Assembly (NCBI GenBank): GCA_050730875.1
Contig: JBOHNX010000002.1
Location: 156,805 to 220,804 of the forward strand
Origin: Candidatus Saccharimonadales bacterium
Lineage (GTDB): Bacteria > Patescibacteriota > Saccharimonadia > Saccharimonadales > EFPC-124
Reading direction: 5' to 3'
DNA length: 64,000 bases
Part shown: one piece after another, positions 55,009 to 64,000 of the stretch
Layout: every line of letters starts with the position of its first letter
How positions within the stretch are numbered: the first letter of the stretch is position 1
Notes under the pieces: model-generated
Seen by the model: only the letters and a program-made list of their open reading frames with translations
The model's database searches: none
What the model was told of the DNA's origin: nothing
Made by a program: the position numbers and the translations under genes

Positions 55009-58000
55009 ATGAACGCACCAGACTCAAAGTTGCCCGCATGGCGCCGGGTAGTTCTGTCTTTTTTTGCTTTTGTTTTAATACTTACGACTTTTCAAGCTGA
55101 GGCATTAGCTGCGCTTATTCCACCTAAAAGCGGTGATCCAACAAGCAAAATCCCAGACACTAAGAATGTAAAACCGCTCCCTACCGCTCAAAAGGTTGCA
55201 CATGCTCCGGCCCAGAACCTATTCCCATCAATCACGGGCGGATTATCGGGCTCAGATTTAACAAACAAATCTGCCAGCAAAGAACGAAACCGCTTGCGTG
55301 AGGATGAAGCGAAACGCACGGAAACATCTGCAGAATTTATAAACAGCGACGGTAGCCGCACTCTCGAGGTTTCACCTGGCGAGCCAAAACATTACCAAGA
55401 AAATGGTAAATGGTACAAGCTGGACAAAAACTACGCAAAAACTAACTACACGCCTACTCGTCCTGTGGCAAACGAAGGCTGGCTGGAAAGCATGCTGCCA
55501 GGTCAGCAAGACGCAGCCGCTTTTAATCTTAAGGCTGGTAGGACTTCTGCATATCTAAAACCCTACGAAGAAGGTTTAGAGGTGAAGCTCGGCGATAAAA
55601 ACATTAAGCTTACTCCTGTCGGTGCCCGCAATGTACAGCCAATTACAAGGGTAAATGGGTCGGGTCAGCAAGAGATTGTTTACGAGGAAGCGTGGCCAGG
55701 TGTTGATGTTGTTTACGAATTGCACGGTGAATCCCTTAAGGAAACAATTTCAATTAAGCGGCCCGGCACGACAAATGCATTCGTGTTTGCTGTTGAGGGT
55801 GCAAAACTTTCACCACATCCACTGAAAGAGGGCGCCTTTGCAATAGACGGTCTAGACCCTAAACATTTTATGATTTCGCCGGTGAGCTTAGATGTGAACG
55901 GAAAAGGGATCTCAAGCGAAGACGTAATAAAACAGACCGGTCGAAATAATTCGCTTGCCATAACACTAGATGCGGGTTGGCTCAAAAAGCTTCCCAAAGA
56001 AAATTTTCCGCTTACAATTGATCCAACCTTCTGGCGCGGCCTTGACCTTAATTGGGGTAGTACAATTTCGTACAAGTCAGACGGTTATACATGCGACTTA
56101 AATACTTGTGCGCCACGTGCAGGCACGTTGGACGATTATGGATGGAAGCACTGGCGCAGCATGATGTATTTGCCATTCAATGAGATGCGCGGAAAAACAA
56201 TTTTGGATGCCGGTTTGCACCTGCAAGTAGCTAATCGACCCTTCTGGACGGGCACGTACGATGGTCGTTGGCTCAATGTAGCATGGGCGAACTGTTTTGG
56301 CTTCCATTGCGTAGGACCCGGTACGCGTAGTAGTGGTGTTATTGGTGGCGACGGATGGATTAATATGACCGAAACCGCCCGTTGGATGCTCAACAATAAC
56401 GTGCCCGATGGCTGGTTGATGCTATGGGGCGAAGAAGGCCCATACACGTCATATAAAATGTTCGAATACAACAATTTGGGTATTCATTTCACCTACACTA
56501 CTCCCCCGCCGATGACAACACCGCTCGAACCAGCAAATCAGGCAACAGTTGTTACTACCGAACCATTCCTAAAAGCAAATCCGGTTAGCGATGCCGATGG
56601 CGACCAAGTACAGTATTTCTTTAGGGTTACTACCGGTAACGATGGTGAATCCGGAGCCGTTGCTAACTCTGGCTGGGTAAATTCACCACAATGGACTGTG
56701 CCCGATGGTGTATTGCAAGATGGCACAACCTACTACTGGCACGTCTACACATACGATGGCGCGGTGGTGACATCGCCTAACTGGGTTAACTCATTTAAAG
56801 TCGATATGCGCACTGGCAAGGACAGTACGCAAGCTTATGACACGGTCGGGCCATTGAGCGTTGACTTGGCCACGGGAAACCTTACTACCAGTAACAGTAG
56901 TCACTCTATTGCGGCATTGGGCGGATCCATTGGTATTGGACTTGATTACAATTCACCACAGCGTTCCCGGCAGGGTTTAACGGCTGAATACTGGAACGTA
57001 CCCGCAAACTACAGTGGCGACACCCCAACAACGCCTGCAAATCTCAGTCGAGTTGAAGCAAATGTCGATAACAACTGGGGTACTGGTTCGCCAGGCTCTG
57101 GTATTAATAGTGATTGGTTTGTAGGGCGCTGGAAGGGTTACTTTGTGGCTCCAGCAAGCGGTACGTATTACTTCGGTGGTAGTAACGATGATAGTATGAG
57201 TGTTTATGTGAACGGTCAGAGTGTCTACAGTCAGGGTTGCCACAGTGGCCTATGCTACGGCACGCCGGTTACGCTTACTGCGGGGCAACCTGTACCGTTC
57301 GAGGTTAAGTACGCCGAAGCTACGTCACCTGCTTATGCGCGCCTTTTTGTGAAGGGTGCGGTCGCGGAGCAAGTGGTGCCAAAAGAATGGCTACAAACTG
57401 GAGTAAAACCCGCAGCTCCACAACGTGGGCTCGTCGGGCATTACTACAATGACTCTGGCAATCACCAATTACCCACCAATGAAAACGAGGCATTCTTGGT
57501 CCGTACCGATCCCGTGCTATCGTTTAACTGGGGTACGGGATCTGCTGTTCCAAGTGGTCCGGCCGACAACTTCATGGCTCGTTGGACGGGCTACTTTGTT
57601 GCACCTGCAACCGGTAGCTACGAATTTGGTACGACGGCAGATGACGGTGTTCGGATAAAAATAAACGATACGCAAACAGTATTCGATTATTGGGGTTGCT
57701 GCTCAAGTAGTCGTTGGGGTGGAACTACGGTGAATCTTACCGCAGGTCAAACGGTTCCCATAACTGTAGAGTATTTTGAAGCAAGTGGCGCTGCCTACGT
57801 TGACTTAAGGGTTCGTGGTGCTGTACCTGAACAAGTCGTGCCCACCGCATGGTTATTACCAAAAATGCCGGCATTGCCGGCAGGTTGGAACCTATCGATT
57901 GATCCGGATGGCAATCTCAATTACGACCGTATTCGAGTGAATTCGAACAGTGCTATTTTGACAGATTCCACTGGTGAAACGCACGAATACACCTGGACTG

Positions 58001-61000
58001 GCAGCGGCTATAAGCCGCCTACTAACGAGGACGGTTACTTAGTGCGAAATACCGATGGTACTCATACGTTGCAGGATGTCGATGGCCGCACCTATATCTT
58101 TGGCATAGATGGCTCGCTGCAGTCCAGCGTTACGCCCTTGGATGATCGTAAACCGGCCGCATTGCGGTACGAATATGCAGGTTCGCCTTCTCGACTCGTG
58201 AAGATTGTAGATGGTATCTCAGCCGATCGTTATGCCACCTTACACTACAGCGGTGATCAACTTTGTAGCAATCCGCCCGCAGGTTTTGATGCCAATCCTC
58301 CTACTAACATGCTTTGTGCTTTGGAGACAAGCGATGGTCAGATAACGAAATTTTGGTACAAAAACGAGCAACTAGGCCGTATAGAACGGCCCGGCGGCGA
58401 AATTAACGACTATGGGTATGATGAGCTCGGCCGAATTGTGAGTTTTCGTGATAGTTTGGCAAATGATGCAATTGCCACAGGAGTTCGCAACGACGATGAA
58501 ACGGTGCTGACTCAGGTTGCATACGATGCTGTCGGACGGGCCGCTAGTATTACACAGCCAGCAGGCACGGCGGGGGCCAATAGGACCAGCCATACCTTCG
58601 AGTATCTAGTAGGCGCAACACAAAAACACATCGTAAACGCTCCTGAACCGAATGGCTTTAGTCAACGTGTCGAGTACGACAATACGTTCAGAACGACTAG
58701 AAGTATTGATGTAGCCAACCTGGCTACATCAACCGAATGGCATGCAGTTAAAGATCTTGTACTCTCTTCTACAGCCCCCACAGGACTAAAGAGTACCACT
58801 ATTTATGACGATGACGATCGTCCAATACACTCCTACGGTCCTGCTCCAGCTAGCTGGTTTGGCTCCGACCGCACGCCTTCTACCTCTTATATAAGCCAGG
58901 TACCACATAGCGAAGCTAAGTTCGATGAAGGTATGTGGGGGCCGGCAGTTGCCTGGTACGACTTTAAAGGAAGTAGCTTTCTAGGGGCAGCGCGTCTGCA
59001 CGCTACGGGTGTTGGCTCGACAGAGGGTGCCTACGCGTTCAACAAAGATATGATCACAGCGCCAATCACAAAAAGCGAAGGTGCAGATGGTGTAGGTTTC
59101 TCTGCAACTGGTAAGCTTCGGGTAACTCAGACCGGCACCTTTAACTTCACAGCCTTCCACGATGACGCTGCAAGGCTTTGGATTGATGACGTTCTAGTAT
59201 TCGACCGCTGGAGCCGCCGTACCGATACCGTAGACGGTGTGGGTACTGACCGCGCTCTTGAAGCAGGCAAAGTGTATCGATTACGCTTCGACTATGCGAG
59301 TGTAAATTCGCCAGGCTCGGTGAGCCTACACTTAAACGGCCCAGGAAAAACTGGCCCAGGACACCATTGGGTGGGCTATCTCTCATCTGGCTATAACTTG
59401 CCCACTACTCAGACTACCTTCGATTCAACTATCGGTAATGTCGAATCGAAGACAAACTATGGTTCTACTCCGGAACTTGGGTTACCACAAAGCGCTACGC
59501 TCGATCCGACTGGGTTAAACCTTACAAATGCTAGTACCTACGAAGCTTTAGGCAGTGGTTTCTTGCGGCAAACCAGCAAAATACTTCCTGGCGGCACGAC
59601 GACCAACTATGCGTATTACGACGCAACCGAAACCCGTGATAACCCATGCACTACCGAAGCAGACGTTGTACACCAGGCTGGAATGATGAAGCTTAAGACA
59701 GAGGCGGATCCGGACGGTGTGGGGTCACAAACTGGTCGCACTACTGAAACCGTATACGATAAAACCGGCCGCAACGTAGCAACCCGCTACAATAACGATC
59801 CCTGGACGTGTACTATATACGATACACGAGGGCGAATCGTTCAAATTACCATACCATCATTAGGTGCTGGCAAGCCTGCTCGCACAATCACTAATAACTA
59901 TGCAGTGGGCGGCAACCCACTTGTTGTTAGCTCTGCGGACAATCACGGTACTATTAGTACCGCTGTAGACCTCCTCGGTAACAAAGTTAGCTACACTGAT
60001 GCCAAAGGCAACACAACCACAACCACTTACGATGACTTGGGTCGAGTCCAGAGTCGTACTGGCCCACTTGGATTGGAAGAATTTACCTACGACAACTATG
60101 ATCGGCTCACGGCGCAGAAGTTGGATAGTACGACTTATGCCGTTCCGTCCTACGATGCTTACGGTCGTCTTGATGCTGTAGCCTACCCTACGGCAGGCTC
60201 ATTGGCAGCAGCGATCACTCGCGATTCATTGGGTCGCACTACTGGCTTAGATTACACTCTTGGTGATGGTACGGTACACCTTACTGATACTGTGATCCGT
60301 AGTCAATCGGGACAGATCATCTCTGGTACAGAACTTGGCATATCTAAATCCTATATTTACGACAAGGCAGGGCGGCTTGATAGCGCTGCCCTTGGCACTA
60401 ATACGTATAATTACGGCTTTGGAACACCGAGCGGCTGTATTGGTGCTTACAATGCCAATTCAGGCAGAAATTCTAATCGTTCCAGCCAGACTATCAATGG
60501 CGTAACTACTACCTATTGTTACGATTTAGCTGATCGTCTGATCTCAAGTTCTGACTCGCTCGTCAACGGTGCGCAGTATGACGCCCACGGTAATACTATT
60601 GCTATCGGTACTGGCGCTACACCGCTTCATCTTCTTTACGACGTCTCAGATCGTAATACTGGCCTCGAGCAATATGACGCAAACGGCAACGGATTTGCCG
60701 AATATTACATACGCGACGTCCAGGGCCGTATTATCACACGCGGCCGAGACAACATCGCCGACTGGAACTGGACGTCCCAGCAGTATTACTCGTATGGTTT
60801 TGCTGGCGCCAGCGACACGCACGATTTTGTTCGTAACGAAGAGGGCACTGTTATCGAGAAAATCCTGCAGCTCCCCGGCGGTGTTACATTTAACATTCGC
60901 GGTAACTTTACCATCTCCCTTCCTAACATACATGGTGACGTTATGGCTACCGTTGACGCCACCGGCGCTCAAACCGCCACTTTCAAGTACGATCCATTCG

Positions 61001-61557
61001 GCAACCCACTTACTCCAATGCCATCAAATACCACGGGCACGACCTATGGCTGGGTCGGTCAACATCAAAAGTTGGTCGAAAGTGAATTCGCCCTCTCCCC
61101 CATCCAAATGGGTGCCAGAGTCTACTTACCTACCCTTGGCCGTTTCGCCCAAGTTGATCCGGTGGAAGGTGGTGTAGAAAACAACTATGTGTATCCGCCG
61201 GATCCGGTGAACAAGCGAGACTTGGATGGAAATTGCGCCAGTAGGTTCGCAGAGTTTTGCTACAGAGTTATAAGCGGGGCCTCGGACAAGCTTTGGAGAG
61301 GGGCACAGTGGCTTGGTGGCAAAGTATGGAGCGGAGTAAAATATTCATGGAATAATATTAGATCCGTAAAAAATATCCAGATTCATAAACCTCACCACTC
61401 GTGGTCAAACAAAAGAGGGATTAATGGTAGAGTATGGATGAGGCATATCCAGATTAACTTAAAGAAAGCTCAACCAATAAGATTACCGTTTGGTCCAGTG
61501 TATAAATATAAACATGGCGTTAAGGGTCCGAAAGGCAGGATACAATGGTGGAGATAG
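55009..61557 (+). CDS. Sec-secreted RHS/YD-repeat polymorphic toxin with three PA14 domains and a variable C-terminal toxin domain
   Basis: Signal peptide ...FQAEALA. PA14-like modules start at GLTAEYWNV (56974), GLVGHYYND (57427) and AVAWYDFKG (58945). Many YD repeats ([37 protein letters not shown]...). RHS core end: [42 protein letters not shown] basic 107-aa tail follows (61234-61557). Confidence 0.92.
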   Translation: MNAPDSKLPAWRRVVLSFFAFVLILTTFQAEALAALIPPKSGDPTSKIPDTKNVKPLPTAQKVAHAPAQNLFPSITGGLSGSDLTNKSASKERNRLREDEAKRTETSAEFINSDGSRTLEVSPGEPKHYQENGKWYKLDKNYAKTNYTPTRPVANEGWLESMLPGQQDAAAFNLKAGRTSAYLKPYEEGLEVKLGDKNIKLTPVGARNVQPITRVNGSGQQEIVYEEAWPGVDVVYELHGESLKETISIKRPGTTNAFVFAVEGAKLSPHPLKEGAFAIDGLDPKHFMISPVSLDVNGKGISSEDVIKQTGRNNSLAITLDAGWLKKLPKENFPLTIDPTFWRGLDLNWGSTISYKSDGYTCDLNTCAPRAGTLDDYGWKHWRSMMYLPFNEMRGKTILDAGLHLQVANRPFWTGTYDGRWLNVAWANCFGFHCVGPGTRSSGVIGGDGWINMTETARWMLNNNVPDGWLMLWGEEGPYTSYKMFEYNNLGIHFTYTTPPPMTTPLEPANQATVVTTEPFLKANPVSDADGDQVQYFFRVTTGNDGESGAVANSGWVNSPQWTVPDGVLQDGTTYYWHVYTYDGAVVTSPNWVNSFKVDMRTGKDSTQAYDTVGPLSVDLATGNLTTSNSSHSIAALGGSIGIGLDYNSPQRSRQGLTAEYWNVPANYSGDTPTTPANLSRVEANVDNNWGTGSPGSGINSDWFVGRWKGYFVAPASGTYYFGGSNDDSMSVYVNGQSVYSQGCHSGLCYGTPVTLTAGQPVPFEVKYAEATSPAYARLFVKGAVAEQVVPKEWLQTGVKPAAPQRGLVGHYYNDSGNHQLPTNENEAFLVRTDPVLSFNWGTGSAVPSGPADNFMARWTGYFVAPATGSYEFGTTADDGVRIKINDTQTVFDYWGCCSSSRWGGTTVNLTAGQTVPITVEYFEASGAAYVDLRVRGAVPEQVVPTAWLLPKMPALPAGWNLSIDPDGNLNYDRIRVNSNSAILTDSTGETHEYTWTGSGYKPPTNEDGYLVRNTDGTHTLQDVDGRTYIFGIDGSLQSSVTPLDDRKPAALRYEYAGSPSRLVKIVDGISADRYATLHYSGDQLCSNPPAGFDANPPTNMLCALETSDGQITKFWYKNEQLGRIERPGGEINDYGYDELGRIVSFRDSLANDAIATGVRNDDETVLTQVAYDAVGRAASITQPAGTAGANRTSHTFEYLVGATQKHIVNAPEPNGFSQRVEYDNTFRTTRSIDVANLATSTEWHAVKDLVLSSTAPTGLKSTTIYDDDDRPIHSYGPAPASWFGSDRTPSTSYISQVPHSEAKFDEGMWGPAVAWYDFKGSSFLGAARLHATGVGSTEGAYAFNKDMITAPITKSEGADGVGFSATGKLRVTQTGTFNFTAFHDDAARLWIDDVLVFDRWSRRTDTVDGVGTDRALEAGKVYRLRFDYASVNSPGSVSLHLNGPGKTGPGHHWVGYLSSGYNLPTTQTTFDSTIGNVESKTNYGSTPELGLPQSATLDPTGLNLTNASTYEALGSGFLRQTSKILPGGTTTNYAYYDATETRDNPCTTEADVVHQAGMMKLKTEADPDGVGSQTGRTTETVYDKTGRNVATRYNNDPWTCTIYDTRGRIVQITIPSLGAGKPARTITNNYAVGGNPLVVSSADNHGTISTAVDLLGNKVSYTDAKGNTTTTTYDDLGRVQSRTGPLGLEEFTYDNYDRLTAQKLDSTTYAVPSYDAYGRLDAVAYPTAGSLAAAITRDSLGRTTGLDYTLGDGTVHLTDTVIRSQSGQIISGTELGISKSYIYDKAGRLDSAALGTNTYNYGFGTPSGCIGAYNANSGRNSNRSSQTINGVTTTYCYDLADRLISSSDSLVNGAQYDAHGNTIAIGTGATPLHLLYDVSDRNTGLEQYDANGNGFAEYYIRDVQGRIITRGRDNIADWNWTSQQYYSYGFAGASDTHDFVRNEEGTVIEKILQLPGGVTFNIRGNFTISLPNIHGDVMATVDATGAQTATFKYDPFGNPLTPMPSNTTGTTYGWVGQHQKLVESEFALSPIQMGARVYLPTLGRFAQVDPVEGGVENNYVYPPDPVNKRDLDGNCASRFAEFCYRVISGASDKLWRGAQWLGGKVWSGVKYSWNNIRSVKNIQIHKPHHSWSNKRGINGRVWMRHIQINLKKAQPIRLPFGPVYKYKHGVKGPKGRIQWWR

Positions 61558-61826
61558 ATAAATTCTACAACTCGCAGATGCACGAACTGAAAAAACTAAG
61601 TTTTGAGTTCTTTTATGCTCTAGCGAAAGGTAAAGAGCCACTGACCTACACTGCTGAGGATGATGGTGGACGAACTCATCAAGTAGAAGTATTTGCAGAT
61701 AGCTTTGATGAAAACGAGATCTCACTAGTGTTTGGATTTGATACTGAGTTCGGAGGAAGGTTCGACAGAAGCAAAGGAAAACTATTCGAGCACAAATTAG
61801 ACTCCGAAGGCCGTTGGACCAATTAA
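61545..61826 (+). CDS. Candidate cognate immunity protein of the rhs C-terminal toxin
   Basis: 93 aa, acidic. Its start overlaps the rhs stop by 13 nt (ATGGTGGAGATAG). Position is typical of an Rhs immunity gene. Confidence 0.55.
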   Translation: MVEIDKFYNSQMHELKKLSFEFFYALAKGKEPLTYTAEDDGGRTHQVEVFADSFDENEISLVFGFDTEFGGRFDRSKGKLFEHKLDSEGRWTN

Positions 61827-61839
61827 TTGTCCTATAGTT

Positions 61840-62151
61840 ATGAACCCAGTAAATACCAGAGAACCATACTTTTTTACAGACGAGGAAGGAGATATAGAAG
61901 GATCTGCACACAGTTTACTCAGCATTTTAAAAAGTTTCGAGCCAGTTGACGTATTAAATGGTAAAGCAGTCGTTTATGACTCTGATGGTCGGAAGATTCT
62001 AATAGTTACTAGCAATGAATCTATAGTTAGCAACAATGAATACCCTGCTGATTTCAAAGGAATTAGCTATTCCATAGGCGAAGTTGATCAAGAGAACAAG
62101 GAAAGAATAGAAGCCTTCGCAAAGGCCGAGGGGCTTAATTTTATTGACTAG
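61840..62151 (+). CDS. Hypothetical small acidic protein in the rhs cassette region (possible additional or orphan immunity protein)
   Basis: 103 aa with no TM segments. AT-rich like its neighbours. Confidence 0.4.
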   Translation: MNPVNTREPYFFTDEEGDIEGSAHSLLSILKSFEPVDVLNGKAVVYDSDGRKILIVTSNESIVSNNEYPADFKGISYSIGEVDQENKERIEAFAKAEGLNFID

Positions 62152-62182
62152 TTTTTGGTACCAAGGCTAACCCGGAAAAATA

Positions 62183-62330
62183 GGTCGAAAGTATGGCAGA
62201 TGGTGGAGATAGATAAATAAATTTTATCACTCGCAGATACACGAGCTGAAGAAATTAAGTTTGGACTTCTTTTATGCTTGAGCGAAAGGCAAAGATCCAC
62301 TGACATGCTCTGCAGAGAATGATCGAACAA
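62183..62330 (+). pseudogene. Decayed duplicate of the junction between the rhs-CT tail and the 5' end of the immunity gene
   Basis: 62200-62330 aligns with 61545-61670 at roughly 80% identity by eye (ATGGTGGAGATAGATAAA...CTCGCAGAT.CACGA.CTGAA.AAA.TAAGTTT...TTCTTTTATGCT..AGCGAAAGG.AAAGA.CCACTGAC). A 4-nt insertion creates ATG GTG GAG ATA GAT AAA TAA. Confidence 0.7.
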
Positions 62331-62399
62331 GTGGGGTGGCAGAAAGCATCGTCCATGGCAAACAACATTTAGAAAATGGTTTTAGAAAAAGGATATGGG

Positions 62400-62762
62400 A
62401 TGGAAAAAGTATATATTCATGCCGAGAGAGTTGCTAAAGGGGGTGGTGAGTTCCAGGGGTTTGAATTTAGTGGCGACCTTGAGCAAATCATTGACGGCTA
62501 TGAATACGGGGATGTCGCTGAAGGTAATTACCAAATATGGGAGTACCCCAGTGGCAAGATCTTTCGCGTTGAGCCCGATAGAGAGGTTGGAGAAAAGGAT
62601 TACTACACGGTGCCACACACAACAAAGGGTATAATGTGGCTGCCGAGATTAGTTGAAATAGACGAGAATCGTCAGATGGTTGAGTCTGAATATAAAAGAC
62701 TCACATCATTACCCGTGAAGAAGTCTCTATGGCAACGTGTCTTCAAAAAAAAGTCCAGTTGA
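62400..62762 (+). CDS. Hypothetical small protein (possible orphan immunity protein); the start could also be at 62376
   Basis: 120-128 aa, acidic then basic at the tail. Lies between the cassette remnant and the orphan rhs-CT. Confidence 0.4.
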   Translation: MEKVYIHAERVAKGGGEFQGFEFSGDLEQIIDGYEYGDVAEGNYQIWEYPSGKIFRVEPDREVGEKDYYTVPHTTKGIMWLPRLVEIDENRQMVESEYKRLTSLPVKKSLWQRVFKKKSS

Positions 62763-62773
62763 CCCCTGAATAA

Positions 62774-63472
62774 AGCCTGAACGCCCAACCCGGCTCCACT
62801 TACGCCTGGCTAGGCCAACACCAAAAACAATCCGAAAAACCCCTAACCCTCTCCCCCATCCAAATGGGTGCCAGAGTCTACTTACCTGCCCTTGGCCGTT
62901 TTGCTCAAGTAGATCCGGGGGAAGGTGGCACACCAAATAACTACCTGTATGTTGCAGATCCAATAAACATGTACGATCTGAGCGGCCAAGCTTGGTGGGA
63001 CGATGCGGCTAATTGGACTAAGGATGCGGCAAGTAAGACTTGGAAGTGGGTTGGTCAAAATAGCGAAGCTATTGGTGTTGGTCTTGCGGTCGGCGGCATT
63101 GCCGCTTGTACAGTAGCGACAGTCGGAGCTTGCGGTGTGGCAACTGCTTTTGCAATAGGAGCAGGCACGGGCGTGACGGTGGCTGGAGCACGCTATAGGG
63201 GCAACAGCTGGAACGATTTGGTGCTGCAAGGGGCAGTCAGCGCTGCGACAGATTTAGTTTATGGACGGATTACAAAAACTATAAAGGTAGTGCGTAACTA
63301 CTCTAAAACCACACCGAAGTATTACGGAGGTAAAAGTAGATCGATATCCATTAGCGGCTTCAGGAAGGCTGTATCCACCAAGGCAGGCCAACAAAGACTA
63401 GTTAGAGATATAATGAGCGGAGGAATTGGCTATCTATTTAACCAAGCTTTAAGCTGGTTATTGAGGAGATGA
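62774..63472 (+). CDS. Orphan rhs C-terminal fragment: the RHS core end plus an alternative toxin domain rich in glycine-zipper motifs (promoterless; the only internal ATG is at 62864)
   Basis: The frame is open from 62774 and reads ...[57 protein letters not shown], homologous to rhs aa ~2010-2075 with a 41-nt identical run. A new tail follows: [38 protein letters not shown]... Confidence 0.8.
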   Translation, partial: SLNAQPGSTYAWLGQHQKQSEKPLTLSPIQMGARVYLPALGRFAQVDPGEGGTPNNYLYVADPINMYDLSGQAWWDDAANWTKDAASKTWKWVGQNSEAIGVGLAVGGIAACTVATVGACGVATAFAIGAGTGVTVAGARYRGNSWNDLVLQGAVSAATDLVYGRITKTIKVVRNYSKTTPKYYGGKSRSISISGFRKAVSTKAGQQRLVRDIMSGGIGYLFNQALSWLLRR

Positions 63473-63473
63473 A

Positions 63474-63779
63474 ATGATTAAAAAAATCGATAAAGCTTGT
63501 GTATGCGGGGTAGCAGATAAGGAGGTGCTTCGAGGAAGTCTCCTTGTAGGGGTTTTTACAAATATTTTGTTTCTCTTCTTTGGCCTCACTGGCACTATTC
63601 TCTATATAAATAGCGGCGGCACCCCTCTAATAATCTATTTGTTGCTGGGATGGGTGGTGTATAGCCTCGCGCTTATTATTTACGGCATTTTCAGATATCG
63701 TTCATCAGGCCATACACTTTCTTGTAGCTTGCGTTATGGCATTCTGAATTTACTCCGGATCGGACCACTTATCGTTTAA
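63474..63779 (+). CDS. Candidate membrane immunity protein for the orphan toxin
   Basis: 101 aa with 2-3 TM helices (LLVGVFTNILFLFFGLTGTILYI; LIIYLLLGWVVYSLALIIYGIF). Starts 2 nt after the orphan-CT stop. Confidence 0.55.
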   Translation: MIKKIDKACVCGVADKEVLRGSLLVGVFTNILFLFFGLTGTILYINSGGTPLIIYLLLGWVVYSLALIIYGIFRYRSSGHTLSCSLRYGILNLLRIGPLIV

Positions 63780-63788
63780 TATAGTGGT

Positions 63789-64000
63789 ATGAAAACAGTT
63801 TTATCGAAAGTATCAGCCGACAAAGCACCGAAAGAATTAAAAAGTTTTGCTGTAGCCGCTGCGGTTGGCGGCGTTATTTCTCTACTCGTTTTATGGCCAT
63901 TGGGTATAGTTGGCATGGCATTTGGCGCGCGTGCATTACTGCTTGGTTTCCATAAGGCAAACAAAGGGCAGAAAAATACTTTGCTGTACCAGGTTTTGGC
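63789..64000 (+). CDS. Partial small membrane protein ORF, running off the window end
   Basis: The ATG at 63789 opens MKTVLSKVSADKAPKELKSFAVAAAVGGVISLLVLWPLGIVGMAFGARALLLGFHKANKGQKNTLLYQVL.. with no stop before 64000. I prefer it to the antisense ORF at 63776-63964. Confidence 0.4.
   Translation, partial: MKTVLSKVSADKAPKELKSFAVAAAVGGVISLLVLWPLGIVGMAFGARALLLGFHKANKGQKNTLLYQVL

Noticed and set aside
61483-62330. Minus-strand ORFs 61483-61911 (142 aa) and 62148-62330 (60 aa)
   Set aside because: They are antisense to the rhs tail/immunity gene and to the decayed cassette copy. AT-rich shadow ORFs of this kind are better explained by the plus-strand cassette organisation.
63776-63964. 62-aa minus-strand ORF at the window end
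   Set aside because: The plus strand carries an ATG-initiated ORF (63789 onward) with a plausible TM hairpin and the same orientation as the cassette array. The minus-strand ORF is its antisense shadow.

Overview
This window covers the replication-origin neighbourhood (jag-yidC-rnpA-rpmH | dnaA-dnaN-recF) of a moderate-GC bacterium. Its gene content suggests a Patescibacteria/CPR, Saccharibacteria-like episymbiont; that is inferred from protein families and Gram-positive-type secretion parts, not proven. There are four main blocks. (1) 1-24.6 kb is a cell-surface glycopolymer locus. It has an initiating sugar transferase, about six GT4/GT2 glycosyltransferases, manC-gmd-rmd-like GDP-6-deoxyhexose genes, a Wzm/Wzt ABC exporter whose Wzt carries a C-terminal glycan-binding domain, two methyltransferases (one frameshifted in a homopolymer) and a GtrA/GT2/large-membrane-protein module. 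A sharply GC-rich single-gene insertion (secreted M23 peptidase with FG-GAP repeats) and a secreted protein with a double bulb-lectin domain interrupt it. (2) 24.5-30.9 kb is the origin core, with DnaA-box clusters on both sides of dnaA and an unexplained GC-rich, highly self-complementary 280-nt element in the dnaA-dnaN spacer. (3) 30.9-48.6 kb is a self-contained type IV secretion-like locus with VirB4, a PrgI/VirB3-like protein, a VirB6-like protein, two peptidoglycan hydrolases, several bitopic unknowns and six tandem VirB2/TrbC-like pilin paralogues. It has no coupling protein, VirB11 or relaxase. (4) 49.9-64 kb holds four tRNAs, an isochorismate-synthase/AroQ-like gene pair, and a tRNA-Ser-adjacent 2182-aa Sec-type RHS/YD toxin with three PA14 domains, followed by immunity candidates, a decayed cassette remnant and an orphan rhs-CT/immunity cassette. 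I saw no rRNA, CRISPR array, transposase or integrase.
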